Source: an uncultured Chloroflexia bacterium
GTDB taxonomy: Bacteria; Chloroflexota; Limnocylindria; Limnocylindrales; CSP1-4
Direction: 5' to 3'
NCBI GenBank assembly: GCA_963813305.1
Contig: CAWEYP010000006.1
Span: forward strand, 31,056-95,055
Length of the DNA stretch: 64,000 nt
Shown here: positions 1 through 10,364 of the stretch, piece by piece
How positions within the stretch are numbered: the stretch's first letter is position 1
How the letters are laid out: each line of letters starts with the position of its first letter
The notes under the pieces: generated by a model
Databases searched by the model: none
Told to the model about the DNA's origin: nothing
The model's input: only the letters and a program-made list of their open reading frames with translations
Translations under genes and position numbers: made by a program

Positions 1-182
1 AGGCGCGCCTGGAGGGCATCGAGGCGGCGCTCGCCGACCCGCTGGTCCACCTCCACGTCTACGACAAGCGGCGCGTCTTCGAGCGCCGGAAGATGGGCCA
101 CCTGACCGTCACCGGGGCGGCCGATGTCGACGAGGCGCTGGCCCGCGGTCGGGCTGCCGCCGCGAAGCTGCGGTGGGCGTGA
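1..182 (+). CDS. purK: N5-carboxyaminoimidazole ribonucleotide synthase (PurK), C-terminal fragment entering from the left edge
   Basis: Frame 3 reads ...VHLHVYDKRRVFERRKMGHLTVTGAADVDEALARGRAAAAKLRWA* and ends at TGA 180-182. The RxGRKMGH-type tail is typical of PurK C-termini. It is absent from the ORF track because there is no start in the window. Confidence 0.7.
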   Translation, partial: ARLEGIEAALADPLVHLHVYDKRRVFERRKMGHLTVTGAADVDEALARGRAAAAKLRWA

Positions 183-283
183 CGAGGGTCGTCGTGCGGC
201 GCGCGGTGCGACGCCGGATACCGGCCGGTCGACTCGTCGATCAGCCCGTTCCTCGATCGTCGCCGGGGTGAAGGAGGCAGACC

Positions 284-649
284 GTGAAGTTCATCCTGTT
301 CACCTGGGTCAGCCCGGAGGGGGACGCCCGATGGAACGCCATGACCCGCGAGGAGCGGACCGTCGACGTCGATCGCCACCGGGAGTGGTTCGCGCGCTAC
401 GGCGCCTCGATCACGGCCGGCGAGGAGCTGGGCGATCGGCGCAGCTTCCGCGTCGTGCGGCGAAGTCGCGACGGCCGGCCCCTCGCGACCGACGGCCCAT
501 TCATCGAGACCAAGGAGTGGGTCGGCGGCTTCATCGTCGTCGACGTCCCCGATCGGGCGGCCGCCGAGGCGATGGCGGCCGAGTGGCCCGGCCTCGACTA
601 CCCCGGCCACGCGGTCGAGGTCGTCCCGACCGGGGAGACGGTCCCCTGA
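284..649 (+). CDS. YCII-related (YciI/DGPF family) domain protein
   Basis: ORF 284..649. GTG start lies 6 nt after AAGGAGG (271-277). PLATDGPFIETKEWVGGFIVVDVPDRAAAEAMA matches the YciI/DGPF signature. Confidence 0.8.
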   Translation: MKFILFTWVSPEGDARWNAMTREERTVDVDRHREWFARYGASITAGEELGDRRSFRVVRRSRDGRPLATDGPFIETKEWVGGFIVVDVPDRAAAEAMAAEWPGLDYPGHAVEVVPTGETVP

Positions 650-862
650 GTCCCCGGCCTCCGGACCACGATTCGGTCCGGGCCGGGGGCCGCCCCGCCC
701 GACGGCCCGACCCTCCTCCTCGTCCCGTGCCCGGACTGCCGCGCCCTGGTCCCCGACATCGACGGTCCGACCCACGCCTACATCGGCGGCAACGCCGGCT
801 GCTGGGCCGCCTGGGGTGAGCTACAGGCACGCGCCTACGCGGACCCCGCCCTCGCCGCCGTC

Positions 863-1213
863 ATGCCGCTGGCCGTCGACGCCTACGCGGCGCAACACCA
901 CGGTGTCGAGGGGCGCCGCCAGGCCCAGTCGGTCTGGGTGCACCTCGTCAGCCTCTGCGCGATCCTCGAGCGTGGCCGGACGCCGTTCGACGGCATCCGG
1001 ATCAAGCAGGACCTCCTGCGCGACGACCCCGTCTTCGCCTGGCTCCAGCCGCCGGCCGATCCGGGTGACGTGACGGTCCTCGACGTGGCCGCAGCGTCCG
1101 GCCCGAAGGTTGCGGCCGCCGTGTGGCGATGGGCGCAGTCGGTCTGGGACGCCTCGTCCGCCTACCGTGACGCGATCCGCGCCCGCACCGACGAGGTCGC
1201 CCCGCGACGGTGA
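863..1213 (+). CDS. DUF5946-like protein (first canonical start; the homologous region continues upstream to about 653)
   Basis: ORF 863..1213 (VDAYAAQHHG...VWVHLVSL...VWRWAQSVWDA). The same frame is open and protein-like back to the TGA at 647-649. That stretch encodes a Cys/His N-terminus, CPDCRALVPDIDGPTHAYIGGNAGCW, with no ATG/GTG/TTG upstream of it. Confidence 0.6.
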   Translation: MPLAVDAYAAQHHGVEGRRQAQSVWVHLVSLCAILERGRTPFDGIRIKQDLLRDDPVFAWLQPPADPGDVTVLDVAAASGPKVAAAVWRWAQSVWDASSAYRDAIRARTDEVAPRR

Positions 1214-1308
1214 CCCGGCCCGGCAGGCCAGCCGGGGCCGCGGGACCGGCCGAACCGTCGCTTCGGCCCTACACTCGCCCGCAGCCGGCGCGCTAGGGTC
1301 GCCGCGAG

Positions 1309-1812
1309 GTGAGCGCCATGCCCCACGCCATCGAGATCGCGGAGGTCGACACCCGGTTGCTCCGGGAGGCGATCCGCGTTGCCCGGGTCCGGATGCTGCA
1401 GGGTCGCGGCGGTCCGTTCGGGGCTGTCGTCGCCCGCGACGGGGTCATCGTCGCCCGCGGCTGGAACGCGGTCACCTCGACCAGCGACCCCACCGCCCAT
1501 GCCGAGGTCGTCGCCATCCGCCGCGCCTGCCGGAAGCTGGGCACCTTCAAGCTCGACGGCTGCGTCCTCTACGCGAGCTGCGAGCCGTGCCCGATGTGCC
1601 TGGCGGCGGCCTACTGGGCCCGCGTCGACCGCCTCGTCTACGCGGCCACCCGTGACGACGCCGCCCGCGCCGGCTTCGACGATGCGTTCCTGTACGACCA
1701 GGTCCCGCTCCCGCCTGCCGAGCGCTCGCTCCCGACGTCCCAGCTGCTCCGCACCGAGGCCGTCGCGGTCTTCGACGCGTGGCTGGCGAAGCCGGACCGG
1801 GTGCCGTACTGA
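1309..1812 (+). CDS. Zinc-dependent nucleoside/guanine deaminase (CMP/dCMP deaminase fold)
   Basis: ORF 1309..1812 has the HAE and PCPMC zinc-deaminase motifs. Its size and C-terminal tail resemble GuaD/TadA-related deaminases. An alternative ATG lies at 1318. Confidence 0.85.
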   Translation: MSAMPHAIEIAEVDTRLLREAIRVARVRMLQGRGGPFGAVVARDGVIVARGWNAVTSTSDPTAHAEVVAIRRACRKLGTFKLDGCVLYASCEPCPMCLAAAYWARVDRLVYAATRDDAARAGFDDAFLYDQVPLPPAERSLPTSQLLRTEAVAVFDAWLAKPDRVPY

Positions 1813-1996
1813 GCAGGTCGGGCGGCCCGGCGCCGACGCTGGAGCCCCGCTTCCGGAGTCGCGCCCCACTGCCCGGAAGCCCTGCGTCGTGCCGCGAGCC
1901 GCTTGCGACGCTCGAGCCAGGTGACCCGCCGGCGAGGCCGGATCCGGAGCCTGCCTGATCCGCGCCGCGAGTGCCCTCTCCAGGCGATGCCCTTGG

Positions 1997-2093
1997 GCGC
2001 ATCACCGGCGCATCACCGGTGGGCCGTCGCGCGCGGCGATGATCGCCGGGAGTGTCTCGCGGCCCTCGACCACCGCGATGCGCCGGTGATGCG
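1997..2093. repeat. 17-bp perfect inverted repeat (arms 1998-2014 and 2077-2093) whose left arm lies inside an 11-bp tandem duplication (GCGCATCACCG x2, 1997-2018)
   Basis: Read directly. CGCATCACCGGCGCATC is the exact reverse complement of GATGCGCCGGTGATGCG. The loop is 62 nt and contains a second small palindrome, CGGCGAT-G-ATCGCCG (2034-2048). The element is intergenic between the deaminase gene and icd. Confidence 0.7.
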
Positions 2094-2234
2094 TACACGG
2101 TCATCACGACGAAGGAGGTCGATTCGCCGGCGTGGCTGCCAGGCGCCGCCCCGTCCGGCAGGATGCGGCAGAATCACGCCACGCGACCCCACCCTCTGTC
2201 GCCTTCGAGCGCGCCCCGAGCCAGGAGATCCCCG

Positions 2235-3717
2235 ATGACCGCCCAGCCGCACCGGATCACCGTCATCCCCGGCGACGGGGTGGGCCCGGAGGTCGTCCGG
2301 TCCGCGCAGCGGATCATCGCCGCGGCCGGCGTCGCCATCGACTGGGAGGAGGCCGAGGCCGGCGCCGAGGTCTTCAAGCGGGGCGACACGTCGGGCGTGC
2401 CGAAGGCCACCCGCGAGTCGATCGAACGGACGCGGGTCGTCCTGAAGGGTCCCCTCGAGACGCCGGTCGGCTTCGGCGAGAAGAGCGCCAACGTCACGCT
2501 GCGCAAGCTCTTCGAGACCTACGCCAACGTGCGCCCCGCGCGCGAGCTCCCCGGCGTGCCCACCCGCTACGCGGGCGAGGGCGTGGACATGATCATCGTC
2601 CGCGAGAACATCGAGGACCTGTACGCCGGCATCGAGCACATGCAGACGCAGGACGTCGCGCAGTGCCTGAAGATCATCACCCGCAAGGGCAGCGAGAAGA
2701 TCATTCGCTACGCCTTCGAGCTGGCCCGCCGCGAGGGGCGCCGGAAGGTGACCTGCGCGACCAAGGCCAACATCATGAAGCTGACCGAGGGCCTCTTCAA
2801 GCGGACCTTCGAGGAGCTCAGCGCCGAGTATCCCGGAGATCACGGCCGAGCACCTGATCATCGACAACGTCGCCCACCAGATGGCCAAGAACCCGGCCCA
2901 GTTCGACGTCGTCGTCACGACCAACCTCAACGGCGACATCATCAGCGACCTCGCCTCGGGGCTGGTCGGCGGCCTGGGCTTCGCGCCCTCGGGCAACTAC
3001 GGCGACGACGTGGCGATCTTCGAGGCGGTCCACGGCTCGGCCCCGAAGTACGCCGGCAAGGACGTCATCAACCCGACCGCGCTGATCCTCTCGTCGATCA
3101 TGATGCTGCGGCACGTCGGCGAGACCGCAGCGGCCGATCGGGTCGAGGACGCCGTCCTGGTGACGCTCGAAGAGGGCAAGGCGGTCACCCAGGACCTGGC
3201 CCGCCAGACCGGCGGCGACGTGGAGCACGCGGCGTCGACGACCGGCTTCACCGACTCGATCATCGCGAACCTCGGCAAGCAGCCGACGACCGTCCCGCCG
3301 CGCTCCGACTCGGAGCGCCCGTCGGGCGAGGCGACGCCGAAGCCGTCGTGGAAGTACGGGGCTGCTGTCTCGGCCGCCGTCCCGCGCACGACGGTCGGGG
3401 TCGACCTCTTCCTCGAGACGTGGGAGCCGGCCGACGCGGCCGGGCCAGCGCTCGCGGCGCTCGCCGGCGATGCACTGACACTCCAGATGATCTCCAGCCG
3501 CGGCACGATGGTCTGGCCCAGCACCGGGCTCTCGCCCGACAGCGTGGGCCTGCTGCGGGCACGCTTCGTGGCGCAGGCCGCGCGGCGCCGGCTGTCACGG
3601 ACGCGGAGATCGCCTGCGCTCGTGCTGCGGGTCGGCGAACGGTTCGCCTGGACGCACGTGGAGAAGCTCCACGTCTTCGCCGGCGAGGACGGCTTCACGA
3701 AGGCGCAGGGTCAGTAA
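2235..3717 (+). pseudogene. icd: Isocitrate dehydrogenase (isocitrate/isopropylmalate dehydrogenase family, long C-terminal extension), frame-disrupted as assembled
   Basis: MTAQPHRITVIPGDGVGPEVV... lies in the frame of ORF 2052..4280. It continues as MAKNPAQFDVVVTTNLNGDIISDLASGLVGGLGFAPSGNYG in ORF 2881..3717. The join SAEYP/EITAEHLIIDNVAHQ needs a 1-nt correction near 2830. AGGAGA lies 8 nt before ATG 2235. Confidence 0.85.
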
Positions 3718-3720
3718 GTC

Positions 3721-4252
<532 letters not shown>

Positions 4253-4372
4253 CGGCGGCCGCGACGTGCGAGGCGCCTGACCTCGCGAACCGAGGCGCGC
4301 GTCGAGCGCGCCGTCGCGCCAGTGCCGTCCGGCAGGCGCGCGCCCGAGACGGCTCCTGGCCAGACGGATCGG

Positions 4373-7300
4373 CTACCGGGCCGCGGGGCTCTCCGCGCCG
4401 GCAGTGGTCCCGAGCAGGGTGTCGAAGCGTGCGATCAGCGGGGCGGAGCGGAGCTCGACGAGGATCGCCCGTGCCTCATCGGCGGCGCCGAGGTCGATCG
4501 CCGCCTCGGGCCCGAGCACGGCCGCCACCTCGAGGACCGTGAGCGCGAGGCTGTACCGCATTCCGTGGTCGCGATAGCGGTCGAGCGCCACCCGGTAGCC
4601 GCTGATCGCCTCGTCCCGACGTCCCGCGAGGGCCGCGGCAGCCGCCTCGACCATGGCCAGCTCGGCGAGGACGGCGCGGCGGCCACGCAACGCCACCAGC
4701 GCGGTCCGCATCTCCTCGACCCGCCCGGTGTTGCCGGTCAGCAGCGCGAGCCGGGCCTCGAAGCCGATCTCGGCGGCGGCCCACGTGCTACCCCAGGCGA
4801 TCCTCCCCCGCTCGATCCAGGCCAGCCCGCCGGCGAAGTCGGCGCGGAGGTACGCGGCGCGGGCCAGCGAGCTGGCGGCGTTCCCGAGCGTCTGCGGGTC
4901 GGCGGCGGCCTCGCCCGTCCGCCACATGGCCTCGAGGACGTCGTGATGATCCTCGCCGCGGTAGGTGGCGATCGACGCCGCGATCCACTCGAACCACTGT
5001 CGGGCGCCAGGGTCGCGATGGATCTCCAGCAGCTGCCGCGCCGTGGCCTCGACCCAGCCCCACTCGCCCAGGACCTCGCCCGTCCCGAGCCCGTTGCCCA
5101 TGAAGTACGTGGCGTAGCCCATCAGGCCAAGGCGCGTCACCTCGTCCATGCCGGCCCGGGCGATCTCGAACGCTCCCCGCGGATCCTCGTCGCCTGAGAA
5201 CGAGCCCATGTTGATGCTTGCCCGGAGCGCCACCCAGTGGAAGCCCTCCTGCTGCATCAGCAGCCGGGTACCACCCAGGAGGGCCCACCCCTCGCTCCGG
5301 CGGCCGAGGTTCAGCAGGACGCTGGAGCGCGTCACGAGGGCGTGTCCGCACAGCAGGTCGAGCCCGGCGTCCTCGCAGAGCGTGATGGCGCGATCGCACC
5401 ACGGGAGGGATTCCGCGGACCGAGCGGAGCGGAAGAGCGCCCGCGACCACGCCTCGGCGAATCGCGCGGCGTGGGGGCCCGGCGGCAGAGCCTCCGCCTC
5501 GGCGACGAGGGGCTCCAGGAGGTCGACCGCCGCGCCGATCTCGGCGGCCGTGAGGTAGACGCTGCCGAGCGAACCGCTCGCTCCGATCACGGCCGCCCGG
5601 TCGCCGGTCCGCTCCAGGCGGGCGATCGCCTCACGGAGCAACGGCATGCTGTCGGTCGCGCCGCCCGCGTAGACGAGGGTCTCGCCGGCGCGAACGAGGG
5701 CCGCGGCCGCCTCGGCGTCGCTCGTGGCGATCTCGGCCACGGCACGCAGGTGGATGACACCCTGCTCGAGGGCCCCCACCTCGATCGCCCGGTCGGCGGC
5801 CGCGCGGAGCGCCAGTCGGGCCTGGGCGCCCGCCGCCTCGCCTTCGGGGCCCTCGGGTGCCGCGCGGTAGGCCGCCAGGTACTGCTCGGCGAGCGAGCTC
5901 GCGTGCTCCTCGCCGAGTCCCTCGAAGTGGCGCGCGGCTGCCAGGTGCCGGACCCGGCGATCGCGCCGGGCCAGGGTCGAGTACGCGACGTCCCGGAGGA
6001 GCGCCTGGACGAAGCCGAAGCGGCCGCGGTCCGGTGAGCGCGGATCCGTCTCCAGCGTGAAGACCTCGCGCCGCACGAGACCGCGCATGCGCGGCTCCAG
6101 CGCGGCCGGGTCCTGGCCGCTCACCGCGGCGAGCGCTGCGACCGAGAAGCGCCCGGCGAGCACCGAGGCGTCCTGCACGAGCGCCCGGTCGGCCGCTTCG
6201 AGGCCGTCGAGGCGGGCTCCGACGAGGGCCAGCAGGGACTCGGGCGGCCGCAGGTCGGAGAGGTCGCGGGTCGGCCGGAAGACGCCGTCCGCCTCGACCA
6301 GCGCCCCGTCGGAGAGGAGCATCCGGACGATCTCGACCGCGTAGAGCGGGATGCCCCCGGCCCGCCCCAGGATCCCTTCGACGGCGACCTCGGGGAGGCC
6401 GGGGACCAGGCCGTCGAGCAGGGCGCGCATCGCCTGGTCGCTCAGCGGCTCCAGGCGCACGGCCGTGGCGTTCGGGCGGTCGGTGCCCCACCCCGGCCGC
6501 CGGTCCAGGAGCTCGGGGCGGGCGAGCGTCACGACCAGGAGCGGCTTGTGCCGGCTCCAGTCGAGCAGGTGGTCGATGAAGTCCAGGAGGCCGTCGTCCC
6601 CCCAGTGGAGGTCCTCGAAGACGAGCATCGTGGTGCCGTGGTCGGCGATGCGCTCGAACAGGGTGCGCCACGCGGCGAACAGCTCCTCGCGGCCGCCCGG
6701 CGGGGTCTCGCCGACGCCGAGCAGCGCGAGCAGCCGGGGTTCGACGCGCGCCCGTTCGACGGGGTCGGGAAGCCACTCGGTGCAGGTGTCCGCGATCCGC
6801 CGCCGGGTGACGTTCGCGTCGTCGTCGTCGCCCAGCCTCGCCCGCCGCCGGACCATCTCGGCCAGGGCCCCGAACGCGCTCCCCGCACCGTAGGCGGCGG
6901 ACCGCCCAGCGTGCCAGTAGACGCTCTCGACGACGCCGTCGAGGTACTTCTCCAGCTCCCAGGCAAGTCGCGTCTTGCCGATCCCCGCCTGGCCGACGAT
7001 CGACAGGAGCCGCGCCCGCCCGTCGCGACCGGTGGCATGGAAGCTGTCCTTGAGCAGCCGCAGCTCGTCGTCGCGGCCGACGAAGGGCGGCTCGACGATG
7101 TCGTTGGGCCCGCCGCGACGCTCGCCGACGACGCGCACGGCGCGGAAGGCCGTGACCGGCGCCGGCTTGCCCTTCAGGACGTGGTCGCCCGGCCGCCTCG
7201 AAGAAGATGGCCGGCCCCACGGCCCGCCGCGTGGACTCCCCGACGAGGACGGCCCCGGGCGGCGCCACCGCCTGCAGCCGGGACGCAGTGTTGACGAGGT

Positions 7301-8001
7301 CGCCTGCCACCATCCCCTGGCCCTGGGCGCCAAGGGTGACCGCCGCCTCGCCGGTCAGCACGCCGGCCCGCAGCTGGAGCTCGAGTCCCGCAGCCGGATC
7401 CGAGAGGGTGCGGACGGCGTCGACCAGCTCGAGGGCCGCCCGGACGGCGCGCTCGGCATCGTCCTCGTGTGCCGTCGGCGCGCCCCAGACGGCCATCACG
7501 GCGTCCCCGATGAACTTCTCCACGTTGCCGCCGTAGCGCGCGATGACGTCGCGAGCGGCGTCGAAGTAGCGGCCGAGGAGCTCGCGCGTCGCCTCCGGGT
7601 CGCGGTCCGCGGAGAGCGCGGTGAAGCCGACGAGGTCGGCGAAGAGGACGCTGACGAGCCGGCGCTCGGCCGTGGCGACGCCCGCCCGGGCGCGGTCCTC
7701 GCCCCGACCCGCCGCCGGGCCTGCCGCGATGCCCGGTGCCCGGTGCGCCGGCCGTCCCCGGCGGGCCGCCCGCGTCGATCCGGCCGCCGCAGCTTCCGCA
7801 GAACTTGGCCCCGGCCTCGTTCGAGGCGCCGCAGCTCGGGCACGCGGCCGCCAGCGGGCCGCCGCATTCGAGGCAGAACCGTCGGCCGCCGGTGTTCGAG
7901 GTGCCGCAGGCGGGGCAGATCACGGGACGCTCCGTGGTGTGGTGCGCTGAGAGCGGGAGCGTACTCGACGGCGCCCCGTCGAGGGAACCGGGCGGGCCCA
8001 A
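4373..8001 (-). pseudogene. Double zinc ribbon - class III nucleotide cyclase - AAA/STAND ATPase - TPR signalling protein, two frame changes as assembled
   Basis: Three ORF pieces in three frames join seamlessly. 7174..8001 carries CPACG..CLECG..CPSCG..CGSCG. 5631..7523 carries VEKFIGDAVMAVWGAP...DLVNTASRLQ. 4373..7333 carries Walker A GQAGIGKTRLAWE and then about 650 aa of TPR-like helices. The shifts are at about 7740 and about 7190. Confidence 0.8.
7733..7746. repeat. 7-bp tandem duplication CCGGTGC x2 inside the cyclase gene; it causes the first frame change
   Basis: Read directly and consistent with the ORF-track peptide ...AGAPGTGH... Deleting one copy gives ...AGAPGIAAGPAAGRGEDRARAGVATAERRLVSVLFADLVGFT..., in frame with the cyclase core. 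Confidence 0.75.
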
Positions 8002-8004
8002 GGG

Positions 8005-9838
8005 TCAGCGGCCGCGCAGCTCCCGGACGTTGTCGAGGAGGATGATCGCGGCGAGGCCGATGAGCACGACCACGAGCGCCTGAACGGCGTAGGTCACCGC
8101 CAGGACGATCGCCCCGATCACCGCCAGGAGGAGCGTCAACCGGAGCAGGAGCGTCGTCAGGCGACGCTGGAATGCCGCCTCCACGAAGGCGTAGGCGGCG
8201 ATCACGACGAGGATCGCGACCCACACCGACAGGATGCCGAGGTAGATCAGGGCGATGGTCGCGATCAGCAGGAGGCTGACGCTGATCGCCGACCAGACCT
8301 CGACGAGGATGCCGTACCGCGTCTCCTCGGCGGGGATGGGGTGATGCTCGTGGTGCAGGTGCGATCGAGGGTCGCCCCAGTCGCCGGCGCGGATCCTGCG
8401 CGAGCTCCTCCCGGGCGGCGCGGGCGGTCTCGCCGAGGTCCACCTGCCGCCGCCGGCGTGCGGCCTGGGCCGCCTCGGCCTCCGCGAGCGCCGCCGTCGC
8501 CCGGGTTCGCAGCCCCGCCAGCGACGGCTCGTCGGCCAGCGCGCCGGACCTCGAGCGCCTGCGTGCGCAGCGACGCCCCGGCGGCCTCGATCTCGCGCGT
8601 CGAGGGCGCCTGCGTCGCGGCCTCGAGCTCCGCGATCCGCGCCTCGAGCGCCTCGGGGGCGCGGCTGGGCGGCACGACCTTGTCGAGGCCGGCCCAGCCC
8701 AGCGGGTCGTACCAGGTCTGCCGCACCGTGCCGGTGCGGTTGTACTTCGGGCCGGCCGGGCGCCCGCTCGCCGGCGAAGCGGTCGTAGGTGTCGAGGCCG
8801 AAGAGCCCGCGGTACCCGTCGACCCAGGCGACCGAGTCGTCGATCGGGACGGGCGTCCACTCGGCGCTCCCGCCGGGCCCGACCACCAGCCCGTTGCCGC
8901 GGCCGTAGTCGATGAACCCGACGTTGAGCGAGCCCTCCAGCTTCGCCGCGAGGTCGCCGGGGTCGGGCTGGCGGAGCGTGTTGTGCCAGAAGCCGCGCAG
9001 GACGGCCAGCGGCCCCCGGAGGCGCGAGAGCCCCGGGACGGGCGCCGCGGTGAGGTAGTCGCCCTGCTCGAAGTACGCGGCGTGGGAGCCGCCGCCCGGG
9101 TTGATGAGCGGGTGCGTGCCGTCCTTCGCGAGGGTCGGGTCGTCCCAGCGGCGGCGGAGGTCGTCGCCCGTGTAGTCGTGGGCGGCGCAGGCGACCCACG
9201 CCGGGACCGGGCCGCCCGGCGCGTCGTCGAGGAAGACGAACAGCTGCTCCCAGTCCGCCTCGTGGTCGTTGGCGCCCAGGAACGTGGAGCGCCAGTCGTT
9301 CATGGCGTAGAAGAAGACGTAGTGGAGGACGATCCAGCCGTCCCGGCGCAGGACCCGGGCGTGGTAGACGTAGCGGTCGTCGCTCGGCGCGGATCGCCTC
9401 GTACTTCACCGACGCGGCGGCCGCCGTGCCGCCCGGAACGGTGCCGCGGGCCAGCAGCGAGGCCGTGAAGCCGGCGTCGACGAGGCGGGCGAAGAGCCCG
9501 ACGCGGGCGAGGCGGCCGGGGGTCCGGAAGACGGTCCGGTTCGGGCGGAGCTGCCAGCGGGCGAGCTCGAGCCGCCCGAGCGGCTCCTGGACGAAGCGGA
9601 GGTAGAGCGACTCGCCCTGGCCGGCGGTCGCGGCGGCGAGGCGCTCCGGGGTCACCTCGCCGCGCGGGACGAGCACCCGGCGATCCTTCTCGCCCGTCCC
9701 GGCCAGGACGTCGCACTCGGCGAGGTAGCCGTCCACGGCCATCGGGTAGAACAGCTCGCCGCGGTTGTAGCGCAGGATCGGCTCGTAGGCCCGCAGGAGG
9801 GCCAGGTCGTCCGGAGCGAGGAGGGCCTGCTCGGTCAC
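8005..9838 (-). pseudogene. Vps62/DUF946-like domain protein with a coiled-coil and a C-terminal 3-4 TM anchor, about 4 frame changes as assembled
   Basis: Pieces come from ORFs 7496..10330, 8005..9303 and 8265..8726. The N-terminus has LRYNRGELFYPMAVDGYL and NDHEADWEQLFVFLD (Vps62-like). Next comes AELEAATQ...AEAEAAQAARRRQ (coiled coil). The end is hydrophobic, ILVEVWSAISVSLLLIATIALIYLG...LIGLAAIILL. The GTG start overlaps the upstream stop (GTGA at 9835-9838). Confidence 0.65.
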
Positions 9839-10265
9839 CGACGGCCGCCTTCCGGCGGCGCCAACGGCACGACCCCGGCCCGCTCGACCGGACGCAGGAG
9901 AAGGTCGCGCACCGAGCGACCGTTCAGGTAGAAGGCGGTGACCACGAGGAGCGCCAGGCGGATCGGCTCCGGGTTGCCCAGCGAGCCACTGCCAGAGGGC
10001 CGCCAGGAGCCCGAGCCCGGTCGCCAGCATGAGCAGCACCCAGCCCCAGCGGTGCAGGGTGACGAGGAGGAGGGCACCCGCGAGCAGCATCGCGGACCAG
10101 CCGGCGATGATGACCCGGACGAGCTCCGGCGGACAGCTCGATCCCCTTGAGCGAGAACTCGGGCACGGCGCGCAGCCCCGCCACGCCGGAGAGCGCCCAC
10201 AGGCCGCCGACGACCGCGAGGGCGGCGAGGGCGAGGATCCCGAAGGGACGGCCGGCGATGCGCAT
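9835..10265 (-). pseudogene. Small polytopic membrane protein, 2 frame changes as assembled
   Basis: MRIAGRPFGILALAALAVVGGLWAL (ORF 9924..10289) continues as ELVRVIIAGWSAMLLAGALLLVTLHRWGWVLLMLATGLGLLAALWQWL (ORF 7496..10330 frame). It then continues as NPEPIRLALLVVTAFYLNGRSVRDLL...* (ORF 9835..10200). Confidence 0.5.
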
Positions 10266-10364
10266 CGGCGGAAGTCTACGCGGCGGCAATCCGCCCCGGA
10301 AGACCGGGGTGCCGCCCGGCCCGGCGCCACCGTCGTCGCGTCGGCCGGCCCGGGCGACGCGACG

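Noticed and set aside
4373-10265. Calling the cyclase/membrane-protein triad a Pycsar- or CBASS-type antiphage system.
   Set aside because: There is no cyclic-nucleotide-binding effector domain, no CD-NTase and no neighbouring defence genes. Cyclase-AAA-TPR proteins are common housekeeping-type regulators in high-GC Gram-positives. I kept it only as a low-confidence idea in the findings.
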